A DNA stretch of 64,000 bases from Eledone cirrhosa (taxonomy: Eukaryota): the NCBI GenBank assembly GCA_964016885.1, contig OZ024759.1:7750001-7814000 (forward strand), given 5' to 3'. Positions within the stretch are counted from its first letter, which is position 1, and each line of letters begins with the position of its first letter. Shown piece by piece: positions 1-13,879 of the stretch. The translations under genes and the position numbers were made by a program. Under the pieces are notes generated by a model. It was not told the DNA's origin. It ran no database searches and worked only from the letters and a program-made list of their open reading frames with translations.

Positions 1-272
1 CACACCACGCCTCCTCCCCTTCCCCCTCTCTCTCTACCTTCTCTCTCACTGTCTATATATATAATTACTTTCCCCTGTCCCTCTCTCTCTCGTTAACCAT
101 ATTGCTACACACTATATCATTTAAACAGACAGACACTAATTATTGGAGCCGAACACATCGATATATCTTGCTCTCTTCTAAACTGTATTAATTAATATTT
201 GTTGGGCTGAGTTGGATAATAATGGTATTGATTCTGGTAAAAAGAAAAACACCTTTTTTTTCTTTATTCTCC

Positions 273-350
273 TTACACACACACATATATATACATATAT
301 ATATACATATATATACATATATACATATAAATAGATAGATATACATACAT

Positions 351-389
<39 letters not shown>

Positions 390-396
390 CATAGAT

Positions 397-435
<39 letters not shown>

Positions 436-488
436 CATATATATATATATATAAATATACATACATATATATATATATATATATAAAT

Positions 489-519
<31 letters not shown>

Positions 520-552
520 AATATACATACACATATATATATATATATAAAT

Positions 553-595
<43 letters not shown>

Positions 596-656
596 CATAG
601 ATATACATACATATATATATATATATATATACTTATATATACTTATATATATGTAC

Positions 657-696
<40 letters not shown>

Positions 697-905
697 CTAT
701 GTATTTATATCTATGTATTTATATATATATATATATATATATAAATACATAGATATAAATACATAGATATACATACATACATACATATATATATATATAT
801 ACAGGTACATATATATATATAAGTATATATGCACACACACACACACACACACACATGCATATATATATATGAATGTATGTATGTATGTGTATATATATAT
901 ATATG

Positions 906-954
<49 letters not shown>

Positions 955-1068
955 GTACATATATATATATAAGTATATATGCACATGCGCACACACATGT
1001 ATATACATATATGTATGTATGTATGTATGTATATAAATAAATATATATATATACATATATATATATAA
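273..1068. repeat. (TA)n/(CA)n microsatellite
   Basis: Visible dinucleotide tracts; overlapping Y/I ORFs are artefacts. Confidence 0.97.
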
Positions 1069-1159
1069 GCAAAGAGATTTTTTTTCTTCTTCCCTTTATA
1101 AATTATCCTAATAATTATTTAAATTTGCCTAGCGTCTAAATATAACAATCTTTTTTCAG

Positions 1160-3797
1160 CCTTACGTTTCACCCTCATTTACATATTCATCCTTACCTTT
1201 CAACCTCATTTACATATTCATCCTTACCTTTCAACCTCATTTACATATTCATCCTTACCTTTCACCCTCATTTACATATTCATCCTTACCTTTCAACCTC
1301 ATTTACATATTCATCCTTACCTTTCAACCTCATTTACATATTCATCCTTACCTTTCACCCTCATTTACATATTCATCCTAACCTTTCAACCTCATTTACA
1401 TATTCATCCTTACCTTTCAACCTCATTTACATATTCATCCTTACCTTTCAACCTCATTTACATATTCATCCTAACCTTTCAACCTCATTTACATATTCAT
1501 CCTTACCTTTCAACCTCATTTACATATTCATCCTTACATTTCACCCTCATTTACATATTCATCCTTACCTTTCAACCTCATTTACATATTCATCCTTACC
1601 TTTCAACCTCATTTACATATTCATCCTTACCTTTCACCCTCATTTACATATTCATCCTTACCTTTCAACCTCATTTACATATTCATCCTTACCTTTCAAC
1701 CTCATTTACATATTCATCCTTACCTTTCACCCTCATTTACATATTCATCCTAACCTTTCAACCTCATTTACATATTCATCCTTACCTTTCAACCTCATTT
1801 ACATATTCATCCTTACCTTTCAACCTCATTTACATATTCATCCTAACCTTTCAACCTCATTTACATATTCATCCTTACCTTTCAACCTCATTTACATATT
1901 CATCCTTACCTTTCAACCTCATTTACATATTCATCCTTACCTTTCAACCTCATTTACATATTCATCCTTACCTTTCAACCTCATTTACATATTCATCCTA
2001 ACCTTTCAACCTCATTTACATATTCATCCTTACCTTTCAACCTCATTTACATATTCATCCTTACCTTTCAACCTCATTTACATATTCATCCTTACCTTTC
2101 ACCCTCATTTACATATTCATCCTAACCTTTCAACCTCATTTACATATTCATCCTTACCTTTCAACCTCATTTACATATTCATCCTTACCTTTCAACCTCA
2201 TTTACATATTTATCCTAACCTTTCAACCTCATTTACATATTCATCCTTACCTTTCAACCTCATTTACATATTCATCCTTACCTTTCAACCTCATTTACAT
2301 ATTCATCCTTACCTTTCAACCTCATTTACATATTCATCCTTACCTTTCACCCTCATTTACATATTCATCCTAACCTTTCAACCTCATTTACATATTCATC
2401 CTTACCTTTCAACCTCATTTACATATTCATCCTTACCTTTCACCCTCATTTACATATTCATCCTAACCTTTCAACCTCATTTACATATTCATCCTTACCT
2501 TTCAACCTCATTTACATATTCATCCTTACCTTTCAACCTCATTTACATATTCATCCTAACCTTTCAACCTCATTTACATATTCATCCTTACCTTTCAACC
2601 TCATTTACATATTCATCCTAACCTTTCAACCTCATTTACATATTCATCCTTACCTTTCAACCTCATTTACATATTCATCCTTACCTTTCAACCTCATTTA
2701 CATATTCATCCTAACCTTTCAACCTCATTTACATATTCATCCTTACCTTTCAACCTCATTTACATATTCATCCTAACCTTTCAACCTCATTTACATATTC
2801 ATCCTTACCTTTCAACCTCATTTACATATTCATCCTTACCTTTCAACCTCATTTACATATTCATCCTAACCTTTCAACCTCATTTACATATTCATCCTTA
2901 CCTTTCAACCTCATTTACATATTCATCCTTACCTTTCAACCTCATTTACATATTCATCCTAACCTTTCAACCTCATTTACATATTCATCCTTACCTTTCA
3001 ACCTCATTTACATATTCATCCTAACCTTTCAACCTCATTTACATATTCATCCTTACCTTTCAACCTCATTTACATATTCATCCTTACCTTTCAACCTCAT
3101 TTACATATTCATCCTAACCTTTCAACCTCATTTACATATTCATCCTTACCTTTCAACCTCATTTACATATTCATCCTTACCTTTCAACCTCATTTACATA
3201 TTCATCCTTACCTTTCAACCTCATTTACATATTCATCCTAACCTTTCAACCTCATTTACATATTCATCCTTACCTTTCAACCTCATTTACATATTCATCC
3301 TTACCTTTCAACCTCATTTACATATTCATCCTTACCTTTCAACCTCATTTACATATTCATCCTTACCTTTCAACCTCATTTACATATTCATCCTTACCTT
3401 TCAACCTCATTTACATATTCATCCTTACCTTTCAACCTCATTTACATATTCATCCTAACCTTTCAACCTCATTTACATATTCATCCTTACCTTTCAACCT
3501 CATTTACATATTCATCCTAACCTTTCAACCTCATTTACATATTCATCCTTACCTTTCAACCTCATTTACATATTCATCCTTACCTTTCAACCTCATTTAC
3601 ATATTCATCCTAACCTTTCAACCTCATTTACATATTCATCCTTACCTTTCAACCTCATTTACATATTCATCCTAACCTTTCAACCTCATTTACATATTCA
3701 TCCTAACCTTTCAACCTCATTTACATATTCATCCTTACCTTTCAACCTCATTTACATATTCATCCTTACCTTTCAACCTCATTTACATATTCATCCT
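1160..3797. repeat. 31-bp tandem array, about 85 copies
   Basis: Unit TTACCTTTCAACCTCATTTACATATTCATCC with two recurring single-base variants (tta/taa, caa/cac). Confidence 0.97.
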
Positions 3798-3990
3798 AAA
3801 GATTTGAAATTTTTCTTTCACTATCCAAACTGAAACTGATAAGGTCTCATTCTTGGATATGTCAATATTTATAAGACAAACTTTGTATTTTATCTGATGA
3901 GAGTGTACCAAAGTTTTGGTACCCTTGAAATATATATAATAGAATAAATATGGTTTTATAAATATAATTTCCATTTATTTAATATCATTG
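3790..3990 (+). mobile_element. Penelope-like element remnant (RT fragment plus pLTR)
   Basis: HPKDLKF / FTIQTETDKVSFLDMSIF (from 3817) resembles the PLE RT 'HP..KFT.E.E....FLD' motif. It is followed by a hammerhead motif and ends in (TA)n. Confidence 0.55.
3886..3946 (+). ncRNA. Type I hammerhead ribozyme motif
   Basis: Stem I TATTTTAT/ATAGAATA; CTGATGA 3894-3900; stem II GAG-T-GTACCAAA/TTTGGTAC-C-CTT; GAAA 3927-3930; palindromic helix III ATATATAT; AUA cleavage triplet, cut after 3938. Confidence 0.8.
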
Positions 3991-3999
3991 ATATATATA

Positions 4000-4490
4000 T
4001 CTATATATATATAGTTGTAGTTCCTGTCTGTTTGTTTGTTCAGGAACTCCTCCTAAGGTTTTAGAGATAGACGCCCCCCCCCCATAACCATATATATTCA
4101 GAAACTACATTGCCCAGGGTACTTGGATAAGTATATTTCATTTTAATCAAAGGGTTCCCCGGGGGTACAAACCCCCCACTGAAAATGTTTTCCCTTCGAT
4201 TTATATGAAATTTAAACCATAGGTAAATGACAAGATATGATGACTATTCACAAAATTTCAGCAAATTTCAATAATACTAAGACCCCTAATGGGGGTTAGA
4301 CCCCCTATAGTGAAAGTTTTGGAAGCCCATAACTTGAGTATTGGAACTTTGAATTTCTAATTTGAAAATAATGCTTTACACAAAAATGAAATGATCAAGT
4401 TTTGAATTGATGTTTTGAAAAAAATATTTACAAGAAACAAAATAAGAATAAGATTTAATGTCATTTTTATTTGATATATTACAAAAAATA
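4000..4490 (+). mobile_element. Non-autonomous Helitron-like repeat (copy 1)
   Basis: Starts TCTATATATAT...gtctgtttgtttgtt and is highly similar to 45777-46284. Confidence 0.55.
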
Positions 4491-4584
4491 ATTGTTTCTA
4501 CTTTTGGCACAAGGCCAGCAATTACCCAGTGCATTACTGGTACTTATAATGTTTATGGCTTTGGAAAATTATAAAAACAGGAAT

Positions 4585-5003
4585 GAATTTGCCAACGACA
4601 TAGTTTTGGTGACAAATACAGTGAAGGAGGCAGAGGATTTGATGTGGGAGGTTGAGACTGTGTCAATGAGTGTGGGGCTGAGAATGAACGAGACTAAAAC
4701 AAAATATCTGGTAGAGAATGTTGAGAAGACAGAGGGGATCACTAATGTAGATGGGAAGCCGTTAGAATTGGTTGAGGACTTCTTGTATTTGGGAGCAAAG
4801 ATTGGGAATACAGCTTGAGATCGTTGGGGAAGTCGGACCTTCGTAAAGACCTGAAAATCCACCTCTTCATTGCTGTAGTGGAGTATGTGCTGCTGTACGG
4901 GTCTGAGACTTGGACACTGACCAAGAAACTCACTCAGATGGTGGATGGGTGCTACACGAGAATGCTGAGGATGGCTCTGAACATTAATCAGTATACACTG
5001 AGG
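4585..5003 (+). mobile_element. Decayed RTE-clade LINE RT fragment (family C)
   Basis: FANDIVL...GLRMNETKTK...FLYLG, then LLYGSETWTLTKK...CYTRMLRMAL. Frameshifted, with an internal deletion. Confidence 0.8.
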
Positions 5004-5080
5004 ATATATATATATATATATGTATATGTATATATATATGTATATGTATATGTATATATGTATGTATATATATATATGTA

Positions 5081-6378
5081 TAAATTCCAAACATGGAAGC
5101 ATGGCCTAGAATCAAAAGGACTTAAAATTAACCTGGCTAAGACTAAAGTTCTAGTTTGTAGGAAAGAAAATAAGGCGGCGGTCCCTTCTGGGAAATGGCC
5201 ATGCTCAGTGTGTAGGAAAGGCGTAGGTAGAAACTCCATTTTATGTCCCAAATGCAAAGTATGGGTGCATAAAAGATGTAGTGGGATCACAGGTAAGCTA
5301 ACTAAGAACATAGATTTTACATGTGGCCGGTGCTCTGGTGCAATAAGTAGCAGCAAGTGCCCACAAATACTAGCTCTTTCAATTGCGCAGAGGGTTCTAT
5401 AGAAATAGTGGACAGCTTCCATTACCTGGGCGACAAAATCAGCAGTGGGGGAGGGTGCTCTGAAAGTACAGTAGCTAGAGTCAGAACTGGTTGGAAAAAG
5501 TTCAGAGAGCTTATACCACTATTAGCTGCTAAAGGGTTCTCCCTAAAAATGAAAGGCAGGTTGTATGATGCCTGCATACGAACAGCAATGCTGCATGGCA
5601 GTGAGACCTGGGCATTGTGTGCAGAGGATATACGCAGACTAGAGACGAACGAAGCTTGCATGCTCCGCTGGATGTGTAACAGTAATATACGTGAACGGCA
5701 AAGCATAAAGGAACTAAGTGAGAAATTAGAAATAAGAGGGATCAGATGTTGTTTATTCAAGAGAAGACTACGTTGGTATGGACACGTGATGCGCATGAAA
5801 GTCGATAGCTGTATAACAAAGTGCAGGGCAATAAAGATAGATGGTAGCCACGGAATAGGCAGACCTAGAAAAACCTGGGACGAGCTGATAAACTCCGACC
5901 TCACACACTTACACCTCTCCAAGACAATGTCACTGGACCGAGACCTTTGGCGGTACTCAGTAACAGAGAAGACCCGCCTTACCTAAATACATAGTAAAAC
6001 CTACTACAGCCAGTAGGCATCTCTAACAAAATACACCCCGTCCCACCACCACCACCCCCACCCCATCCACACCACCCCGTTCTATGTAAAGTTATGTTGG
6101 TGCTGCGCCATCCAGGCCGAAACAAATGAGATCGTGTAGGTGTCACGACAAAAAAACACACAGTCCACGCTGTAATGTGGCCGTGTAGGCAACACGGTAA
6201 AAACCTCCCAGCCCCACACTGTAAATGTGGTTGGTGTTAGGAAGGGCATCCAACTGTAGAAAACCTGCCAGACAGTCCTATGCGAGCAAGACAATCACTC
6301 TTGCCTCAAGTGGGACTACCCCCGTCCAAACCCACGCAAGCGTGGAACACGGACGTTAGACGTTGATGATGATGATGA
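5081..6378 (+). mobile_element. RTE LINE family A, 5'-truncated, with 3' UTR and (GAT)n tail
   Basis: Near-identical to 22371-23320. A 1-bp deletion near 5367 shifts the frame. [15 protein letters not shown] and GRPRKTW motifs; ends gacgttgatgatgatgatg. Confidence 0.93.
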
Positions 6379-6644
6379 TGTATATATATATATGTATATG
6401 TATATATGTATATGTATGCATATGTATATATGTATATGTATATATATATATGTATATGTATATATGTATATGTATGTATATGTATATATATATGTATATG
6501 TATATATATGTATGTATATGTATGTATATATGTATGTATATGTATGTATGTATATATATATATATGTATGTATATATATATATATATGTATATGTATGTA
6601 TATATATATATATGTATATGTATGTATATATATATATATGTATG

Positions 6645-6679
<35 letters not shown>

Positions 6680-6803
6680 GTATGTGTATGTATATGTATG
6701 TATATATATATGTATATGTATGTATGTATATGTATATATATGTATGTGTATGTATATGTATGTGTATGTATATGTATGTATATATGTATGTATATATATA
6801 TGT

Positions 6804-6879
<76 letters not shown>

Positions 6880-6881
6880 GT

Positions 6882-6913
<32 letters not shown>

Positions 6914-6915
6914 GT

Positions 6916-6947
<32 letters not shown>

Positions 6948-7304
6948 GTACATGTATGTATATATATATGTACATGTATGTATGTATATGTATATATATA
7001 TATATATGTACATGTATGTATATATATATGTACATGTATGTATATATATGTATATGTATATATATATATATGTATATGTATGTATATATATATGTATATG
7101 TATGTATATATATATGTATGTATATATATATGTATATGTATGTATATGTATATGTATGTATATATATATGTATGTATATATATATGTATATATATATGTA
7201 TATGTATGTATGTATATGTATATGTATATGTATGTATATATATATGTATATATATATATATATATGTATATGTATGTATATATATATGTATATGTATGTA
7301 TATA

Positions 7305-7355
<51 letters not shown>

Positions 7356-8138
7356 GTATATATGTATATGTATGTATGTATGTATATGTATATATATGTA
7401 TGTATATGTATATATATGTATATGTATGTATGTATGTATATGTATAGATATATATATGTATATGTATATGTATAGATATATATATGTATATGTATAGATA
7501 TATATATGTATATGTATAGATATATATATGTATATGTATAGATATATATATGTATATGTATATATATGTATATGTACGTATGTATATGTACGTATGTATA
7601 TGTATATGTATGTATGTATATGTATATATATGTATATATATGTATATATATGTATATATATGTATATATATGTATATATATGTATATATATGTATATATA
7701 TGTATATGTATATGTATGTATGTATATATATGTATATGTATATATATATATGTATATATATGTATATATATGTATATGTATGTATGTATATGTATATATA
7801 TGTATATGTATGTATGTATATGTATATATATGTATATGTATGTATATATATGTATATATATGTATATGTATGTATGTATATGTATATATATGTATATATA
7901 TGTATATATATATGTATATGTATATATATGTATATATATATATGTATATGTATATGTATATATATATATATATGTATATGTATATATATGTATATATATA
8001 TGTACATGTATATATGTATATGTATGTATATATATGTATGTATATGTATATATATGTATATATATATGTACATGTATATATGTATATGTATGTATGTATA
8101 TGTATATATATGTATATATATATGTACATGTATATATG

Positions 8139-8169
<31 letters not shown>

Positions 8170-8424
8170 GTATGTATATATATGTATGTATATGTATGTA
8201 TATATATGTATATGTATATATATGTATATATATGTATATGTATATATATATATGTATATGTATATATATATCTGTATATGTATATATATATTTGTATATA
8301 TGTATGTATATGTATATATGTATGTATGTATATGTATGTATATATATATTTGTATATATGTATGTATATGTATATATGTATGTATGTATATGTATCTATA
8401 TCTATATATGTATATGTATATATG

Positions 8425-8456
<32 letters not shown>

Positions 8457-8460
8457 TATA
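6378..8460. repeat. (TA)n/(TATG)n microsatellite, about 2.1 kb
   Basis: Direct inspection. Confidence 0.97.
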
Positions 8461-8497
8461 ATATAAGATCAAAAGATGGTTAAAGGAGTTCCATATA

Positions 8498-8564
8498 TTT
8501 TATTATGCGCATTTCAAAAACAAACATCATCAAGCAATAATATTTGTGTTTTCATCAGATAAAA
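8498..8564 (-). ncRNA. Type I hammerhead ribozyme motif (inverted copy)
   Basis: Reverse complement of 8684-8750 with the core intact (tcatcag 8552-8558; tttc 8512-8515). Confidence 0.78.
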
Positions 8565-8683
8565 CAGAACATGATATGAAGGCTAAAAAACACTTGTGGA
8601 TAGTGCAGTTTTAAATCAACATATCAACATTTAAAACTGCACTATCAACAAGTGTTTTTTAGCCTTCATATCACGTCTTCCTG

Positions 8684-8750
8684 TTTTATCTGATGAAAAC
8701 ACAAATATTATTGCATGATGATGTTTGTTTTTGAAATGCGCATAATAAAA
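8684..8750 (+). ncRNA. Type I hammerhead ribozyme motif
   Basis: Stem I TTTTAT/ATAAAA; CTGATGA 8690-8696; stem II AAACA-CAAATATTATT/GATGATGTTTG-TTTTT with loop GCAT; GAAA 8733-8736; palindromic helix III ATGCGCAT; cut after A8744. Confidence 0.8.
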
Positions 8751-8924
8751 TACATGGAACTCCTTTAACCATCTTTTGATCTTATATTATGCATACTCCA
8801 GTCCCACAAACTGTAGAGTGCTTCTTATCCGATATCTGCATTGCTTTATTGTACTACAATAAAACTCACCTCCTACATTATATATATATATATATATGTT
8901 TCTATATATATACATATATATGTG

Positions 8925-9115
8925 TAGGCACGTGTCCTAGTGGTAAGAGTGTTGGACTTATGATCATAATGTGGTGGGCTCGAATCCTGGGTTGTGTGTT
9001 GTGTTCTTGAGCAAGACACTTCATTTCACGTTGCTCCAGTATACTCAGCTGTAGCTGGAGGTGTAACCCTGCGATGGACTGGCGACCTGTCCAGGGGGGA
9101 GTCTTTTACTCTCAA
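8925..9115 (+). mobile_element. tRNA-derived SINE
   Basis: A-box tgtcctagtgg, B-box ggctcgaatcc, core tcttgagcaagacacttcatttcacgttgctccagt. Confidence 0.75.
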
Positions 9116-9156
9116 TTGACAGTGTTAGTTATATATATTGTGTGTTTGTGTGAAAA

Positions 9157-10940
9157 CAAGTGGCTTAGTGGTGAACATGCTGGGCCCCCAATTATAAGGT
9201 TGTAATATTGATGCTCGAACCGGGCACTCCAGTGTGTCCTTGAGCAAGTCCCTTTATTTCATGTTGCTCCAGTGTGTCCTTGAGCAAGTCCCTTTATTTC
9301 ATGTTGCTCCAGTATGTCCTTGAGCAAGTCACTTTATTTCATGTTGCTCCAGTGTGTCCTTGAGCAAGTCACTTTATTTCATGTTGCTCCAGTGTGTCCT
9401 TGAGCAAGTCACTTTATTTCATGTTGCTCCAGTGTGTCCTTGAGCAAGTCCCTTTATTTCATGTTGCTCCAGTGTGTCCTTGAGCAAGTCACTTTATTTC
9501 ATGTTGCTCCAGTGTGTCCTTGAGCAAGTCACTTTATTTCATGTTGCTCCAATGTGTCCTTGAGCAAGTCACTTTATTTCATGTTGCTCCAGTGTGTCCT
9601 TGAGCAAGTCACTTTATTTCATGTTGCTCCAGTGTGTCCTTGAGCAAGTCACTTTATTTCATGTTGCTCCAGTGTGTCCTTGAGCAAGTCACTTTATTTC
9701 ATGTTGCTCCAGTGTGTCCTTGAGCAAGTCACTTTATTTCATGTTGCTCCAGTGTGTCCTTGAGCAAGTCACTTTATTTCATGTTGCTCCAGTGTGTCCT
9801 TGAGCAAGTCACTTTATTTCATGTTGCTCCAGTATGTCCTTGAGCAAGTCACTTTATTTCATGTTGCTCCAGTATGTCCTTGAGCAAGTCACTTTATTTC
9901 ATGTTGCTCCAGTGTGTCCTTGAGCAAGTCACTTTATTTCATGTTGCTCCAGTATGTCCTTGAGCAAGTCCCTTTATTTCATGTTGCTCCAGTGTGTCCT
10001 TGAGCAAGTCACTTTATTTCATGTTGCTCCAGTATGTGCTTGAGCAAGTCACTTTATTTCATGTTGCTCCAGTGTGTCCTTGAGCAAGTCACTTTATTTC
10101 ATGTTGCTCCAGTATGTCCTTGAGCAAGTCACTTTATTTCATGTTGCTCCAGTATGTCCTTGAGCAAGTCACTTTATTTCATGTTGCTCCACTGTGTCCT
10201 TGAGCAAGTCACTTTATTTCATGTTGCTCCAGTGTGTCCTTGAGCAAGTCACTTTATTTCATGTTGCTCCAGTATGTCCTTGAGCAAGTCACTTTATTTC
10301 ATGTTGCTCCAGTATGTCCTTGAGCAAGTCACTTTATTTCATGTTGCTCCAGTGTGTCCTTGAGCAAGTCCCTTTATTTCATGTTGCTCCAGTGTGTCCT
10401 TGAGCAAGTCACTTTATTTCATGTTGCTCCAGTGTGTCCTTGAGCAAGTCACTTTATTTCATGTTGCTCCACTGTGTCCTTGAGCAAGTCACTTTATTTC
10501 ATGTTGCTCCAGTGTGTCCTTGAGCAAGTCACTTTATTTCATGTTGCTCCAGTATGTCCTTGAGCAAGTCCCTTTATTTCATGTTGCTCCAGTGTGTCCT
10601 TGAGCAAGTCACTTTATTTCATGTTGCTCCAGTGTGTCCTTGAGCAAGTCACTTTATTTCATGTTGCTCCAGTGTGTCCTTGAGCAAGTCACTTTATTTC
10701 ATGTTGCTCCAGTGTGTCCTTGAGCAAGTCACTTTATTTCATGTTGCTCCAGTGTGTCCTTGAGCAAGTCACTTTATTTCATGTTGCTCCAGTCCATTCA
10801 ATTGGCAAAAATGAATTGTACCCGTAACACAAAGAGCCACCCTTGCACAATTTGTGTTATGCTGAATCTCCCTGACAACTACGTTGAACACTTTTCTGTA
10901 GAACCACTTTTCTGGCTCCTTATATGTTAATTTCACATAT
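9157..10940 (+). mobile_element. tRNA-derived SINE interrupted by expansion of its own core
   Basis: Head tggcttagtgg...gctcgaacc before the array; the SINE body resumes after 10793. Confidence 0.7.
9227..10793. repeat. 40-bp tandem array, about 39 copies, SINE-core derived
   Basis: Unit TGAGCAAGTCACTTTATTTCATGTTGCTCCAGTGTGTCCT matches the SINE core at 9008-9040 and 56092-56124. Confidence 0.96.
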
Positions 10941-11570
10941 AGACTTATTTTTACACCATGTATGTCTGTGTGTATGTATCTATATATGTATGACAAAACC
11001 TGTCAAAGGGCAAAGGAGCTCTTAAGAGTCAATGGCCATCCAAAATCACCGGGAGAGATGACCCCTTAGCCTTTGTCAAGGCAGAATTCTAGGAGAAGGA
11101 AAACTCTGATATAACACCTGCAACCCTGATGGTATCCAATGATGTTGACTTGTTCTTCTTTTTGGTAAATATCATCTTGGTTAAGAGAGTGGGACTGGCT
11201 TTGTGCAGTGCCTTTGCTCACTATAAAAGCTTCACGGCACAGGCATTGCTTTATATCTGGAGATCTCTCTGCACTTGTCGTCACATGGTACCATGGGCCC
11301 AGCACTATGTGTCAATAATTGTCACAAGTGTAGTGTTTGTACCAGAGTTTTCAAGTCGCTGGCTGGACTAAAAAGTCACACTCGTTCAGCGCATCGGTAG
11401 GGGTTCTCCTACATGGATATAAAGTAGTGGCCGTACTCGAAAACGAGTTGGCAGCCACCATGTGTGTATATATCTATGTATGTATGTATGTATGTATATG
11501 TGTATGTATGTGTGTGTGCATGTGATGAGAAATTATATATCAACATAGTGTGTGTTTGAATGTGTAAATG

Positions 11571-11624
<54 letters not shown>

Positions 11625-11794
11625 CATATTGATCAATAATTATTTATCGTGTGTAATGACAATACAACACATTGCTTTATGATATGTTGTTGTTGTTGTT
11701 ACTGTTGTTGTTACATAATAAGCCATCTTGTATCCAGCTGATTCTGTTTTCATCTTCTGTAAGGGGGTGGAGATGGAGAATGAGAGGGGGGGGC

Positions 11795-12359
11795 AGTGAG
11801 AGAGAGAGGGAGAGGGATAGTGAGAGAGAGAGGGACAGTGAGAGAGAGAGGGACAGTGAGAGAGAGAGAGTGAGAGAGAGGGAGAGTGAGAGAGAGGGAC
11901 AGTGAGAGAGAGAGAGAGAGAGGACAGTGAGAGAGAGAGAGAGAGGACAGTGAGTGAGTGAGTGAGAGAGAGAGCGAGGGACAGTGAGTGAGAGAGAGAG
12001 GGACAGTGAGTGAGAGAGAGAGGGACAGTGAGTGAGAGAGAGAGGACAGTGAGTGAGTGAGTGAGAGAGAGAGCGAGGGACAGTGTGAGTGAGTGAGTGA
12101 GAGAGAGAGCGAGGGACAGTGAGTGAGAGAGAGAGGGACAGTGAGTGAGAGAGAGAGGGACAGTGAGTGAGAGAGAGAGGACAGTGAGTGAGTGAGTGAG
12201 AGAGAGAGCGAGGGACAGTGTGAGTGAGTGAGTGAGAGAGAGAGCGAGGGACAGTGAGTGAGAGAGAGAGGGACAGTGAGTGAGAGAGAGAGGGACAGTG
12301 AGTGAGAGAGAGGGACAGTGAGAGAGAGAGGGACAGTGAGAGAGGGAGAGAGAGAGAGA
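11795..12359. repeat. GA-rich compound repeat
   Basis: (GA)n interspersed with GGACAGT. Confidence 0.95.
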
Positions 12360-12464
12360 ATATTTTGCCATCAGCTGTATTGGACAATAGATTTCTTTCC
12401 AGGAATATCCCCCCCCCCCTCCCACCAACAGTAGGAATTACACCATCTCAAGTCCTCACTTGTA

Positions 12465-13330
12465 CCACCTCCCCAACACCACACCATCATCACCACCACC
12501 TCACCACACCACACCACCACCACCACCACCACCTCACCACACCACACCACCACACCACCACCACACCACCACCACACCACCACACCACCACCACACCACC
12601 ACACCACCACACCACCACCACACCACCACACCACCACCACACCACCACCACAACACACCACCACCACACCATCATCACCATCATCACCACACCATCATCA
12701 CCACACCATCATCACCACCACCACCACACCACCATACCACCACCACCACACCATCATCACCATCATCACCACACCATCATCACCACACCACCATCACCAC
12801 CACCACCACACCACCATACCACCACCACCACTCCATCATCACCACCACACCACCACCACCACCATACCACCACCACCACCACACCACCACCACACCTTCA
12901 TCACCATCATCATCACCACCACACCACCACCACCACCACCACACCATCATCACCACACCACCATCACCACCACCACCACCACCACACCATCATCACCACA
13001 CCACCATCACCACCACACCACCACCACCACACCACCACCACCACACCACCACCACACCTTCGTCACCATACCACCACCACCTACACCACCATACCACCAC
13101 CACCACCACACCATCATCACCACACCACCATCACCACCACGCCACCACCACCACACCACCACCACACCTTCGTCACCATACCACCACCACCACCACCACA
13201 CCATCATCACCACACCACCATCACCACCATACCACCACCACCACCACCACCACCACCACCACCACACCACCACCACCACCATACCACCACACCACCACCA
13301 CCACCACACCACCACACCACCACACCCACA
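12465..13330. repeat. (CAC)n/(CACCA)n low-complexity tract
   Basis: Direct inspection. Confidence 0.95.
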
Positions 13331-13616
13331 CATGGTATTGTATGTTTGACCTGTGATTTATCTCCTCCTAACCTTGATAGTGTGCCAGAGCCATTAGAGC
13401 ATCCATCAAAATGTTTTGTGCTGTTTAATTGTGGATCTTTACATTGTGAAATCCTGGTCAACTTTACCTTCCATTCTTTCAGAGGCCAATAAAGTATAAA
13501 GTATAATCTATTTCCCCAACTCCCCCAAAACTCTTGGCCTTGGGCCTAAATTATTATTTTTCTTTTGATTTCCATTTTATTCCATCTTTGGGGCAGGTCA
13601 CAGAGCCCTACGTATA

Positions 13617-13850
13617 CAGTGTACCCCTGCGTATTTACGATCCCGGTTATTTGCAGAATTTTCCTCAAAACCCAACTGATAATTATTCCTGGAAACCACC
13701 GCATATTTGTGGAATCGTAAATATCTTCCACGATTTTTGATGGCTTTTTCCGTGGCAATATATTTTTACATTCTTTTTAACACTAAATCATTAACAACAA
13801 TATACCGTATTTGCCGGCCTATATTTTACATATATAGGCATTTTTAAGGA
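13617..13850 (+). mobile_element. Possible Tc1/mariner-pogo-type DNA transposon end
   Basis: TA|CAGTGTACCCCTGCGTATTTACG resembles Tigger/pogo-like termini. No partner TIR found. Confidence 0.3.
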
Positions 13851-13879
13851 CCATGTCCAATATTCGCAGTTTTTCACTC

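Larger units (their letters stand above)
8458..8880 (+). mobile_element. Fold-back non-autonomous Penelope-like pLTR element
   Basis: Inverted arms 8458-8616 and 8629-8790 with a 12-nt spacer and a unique tail to about 8880. Flanked by (TA)n; each arm carries a hammerhead. Confidence 0.7.

Noticed and set aside
4815-5402. Chimeric RTE ORFs spanning microsatellites (also 59134-60351)
   Set aside because: Fortuitous read-through across TA repeats between unrelated fragments.
6306-8483. Long Y/I/H/M ORFs here and at 28888-29792, 34054-35207 and 53228-58837
   Set aside because: Dinucleotide/tetranucleotide microsatellites lack stops by construction.
12302-13492. His/Pro/Thr-rich ORFs (also 28179-28637 and 62569-63681)
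   Set aside because: CAC/GGT low-complexity tracts open in several frames.
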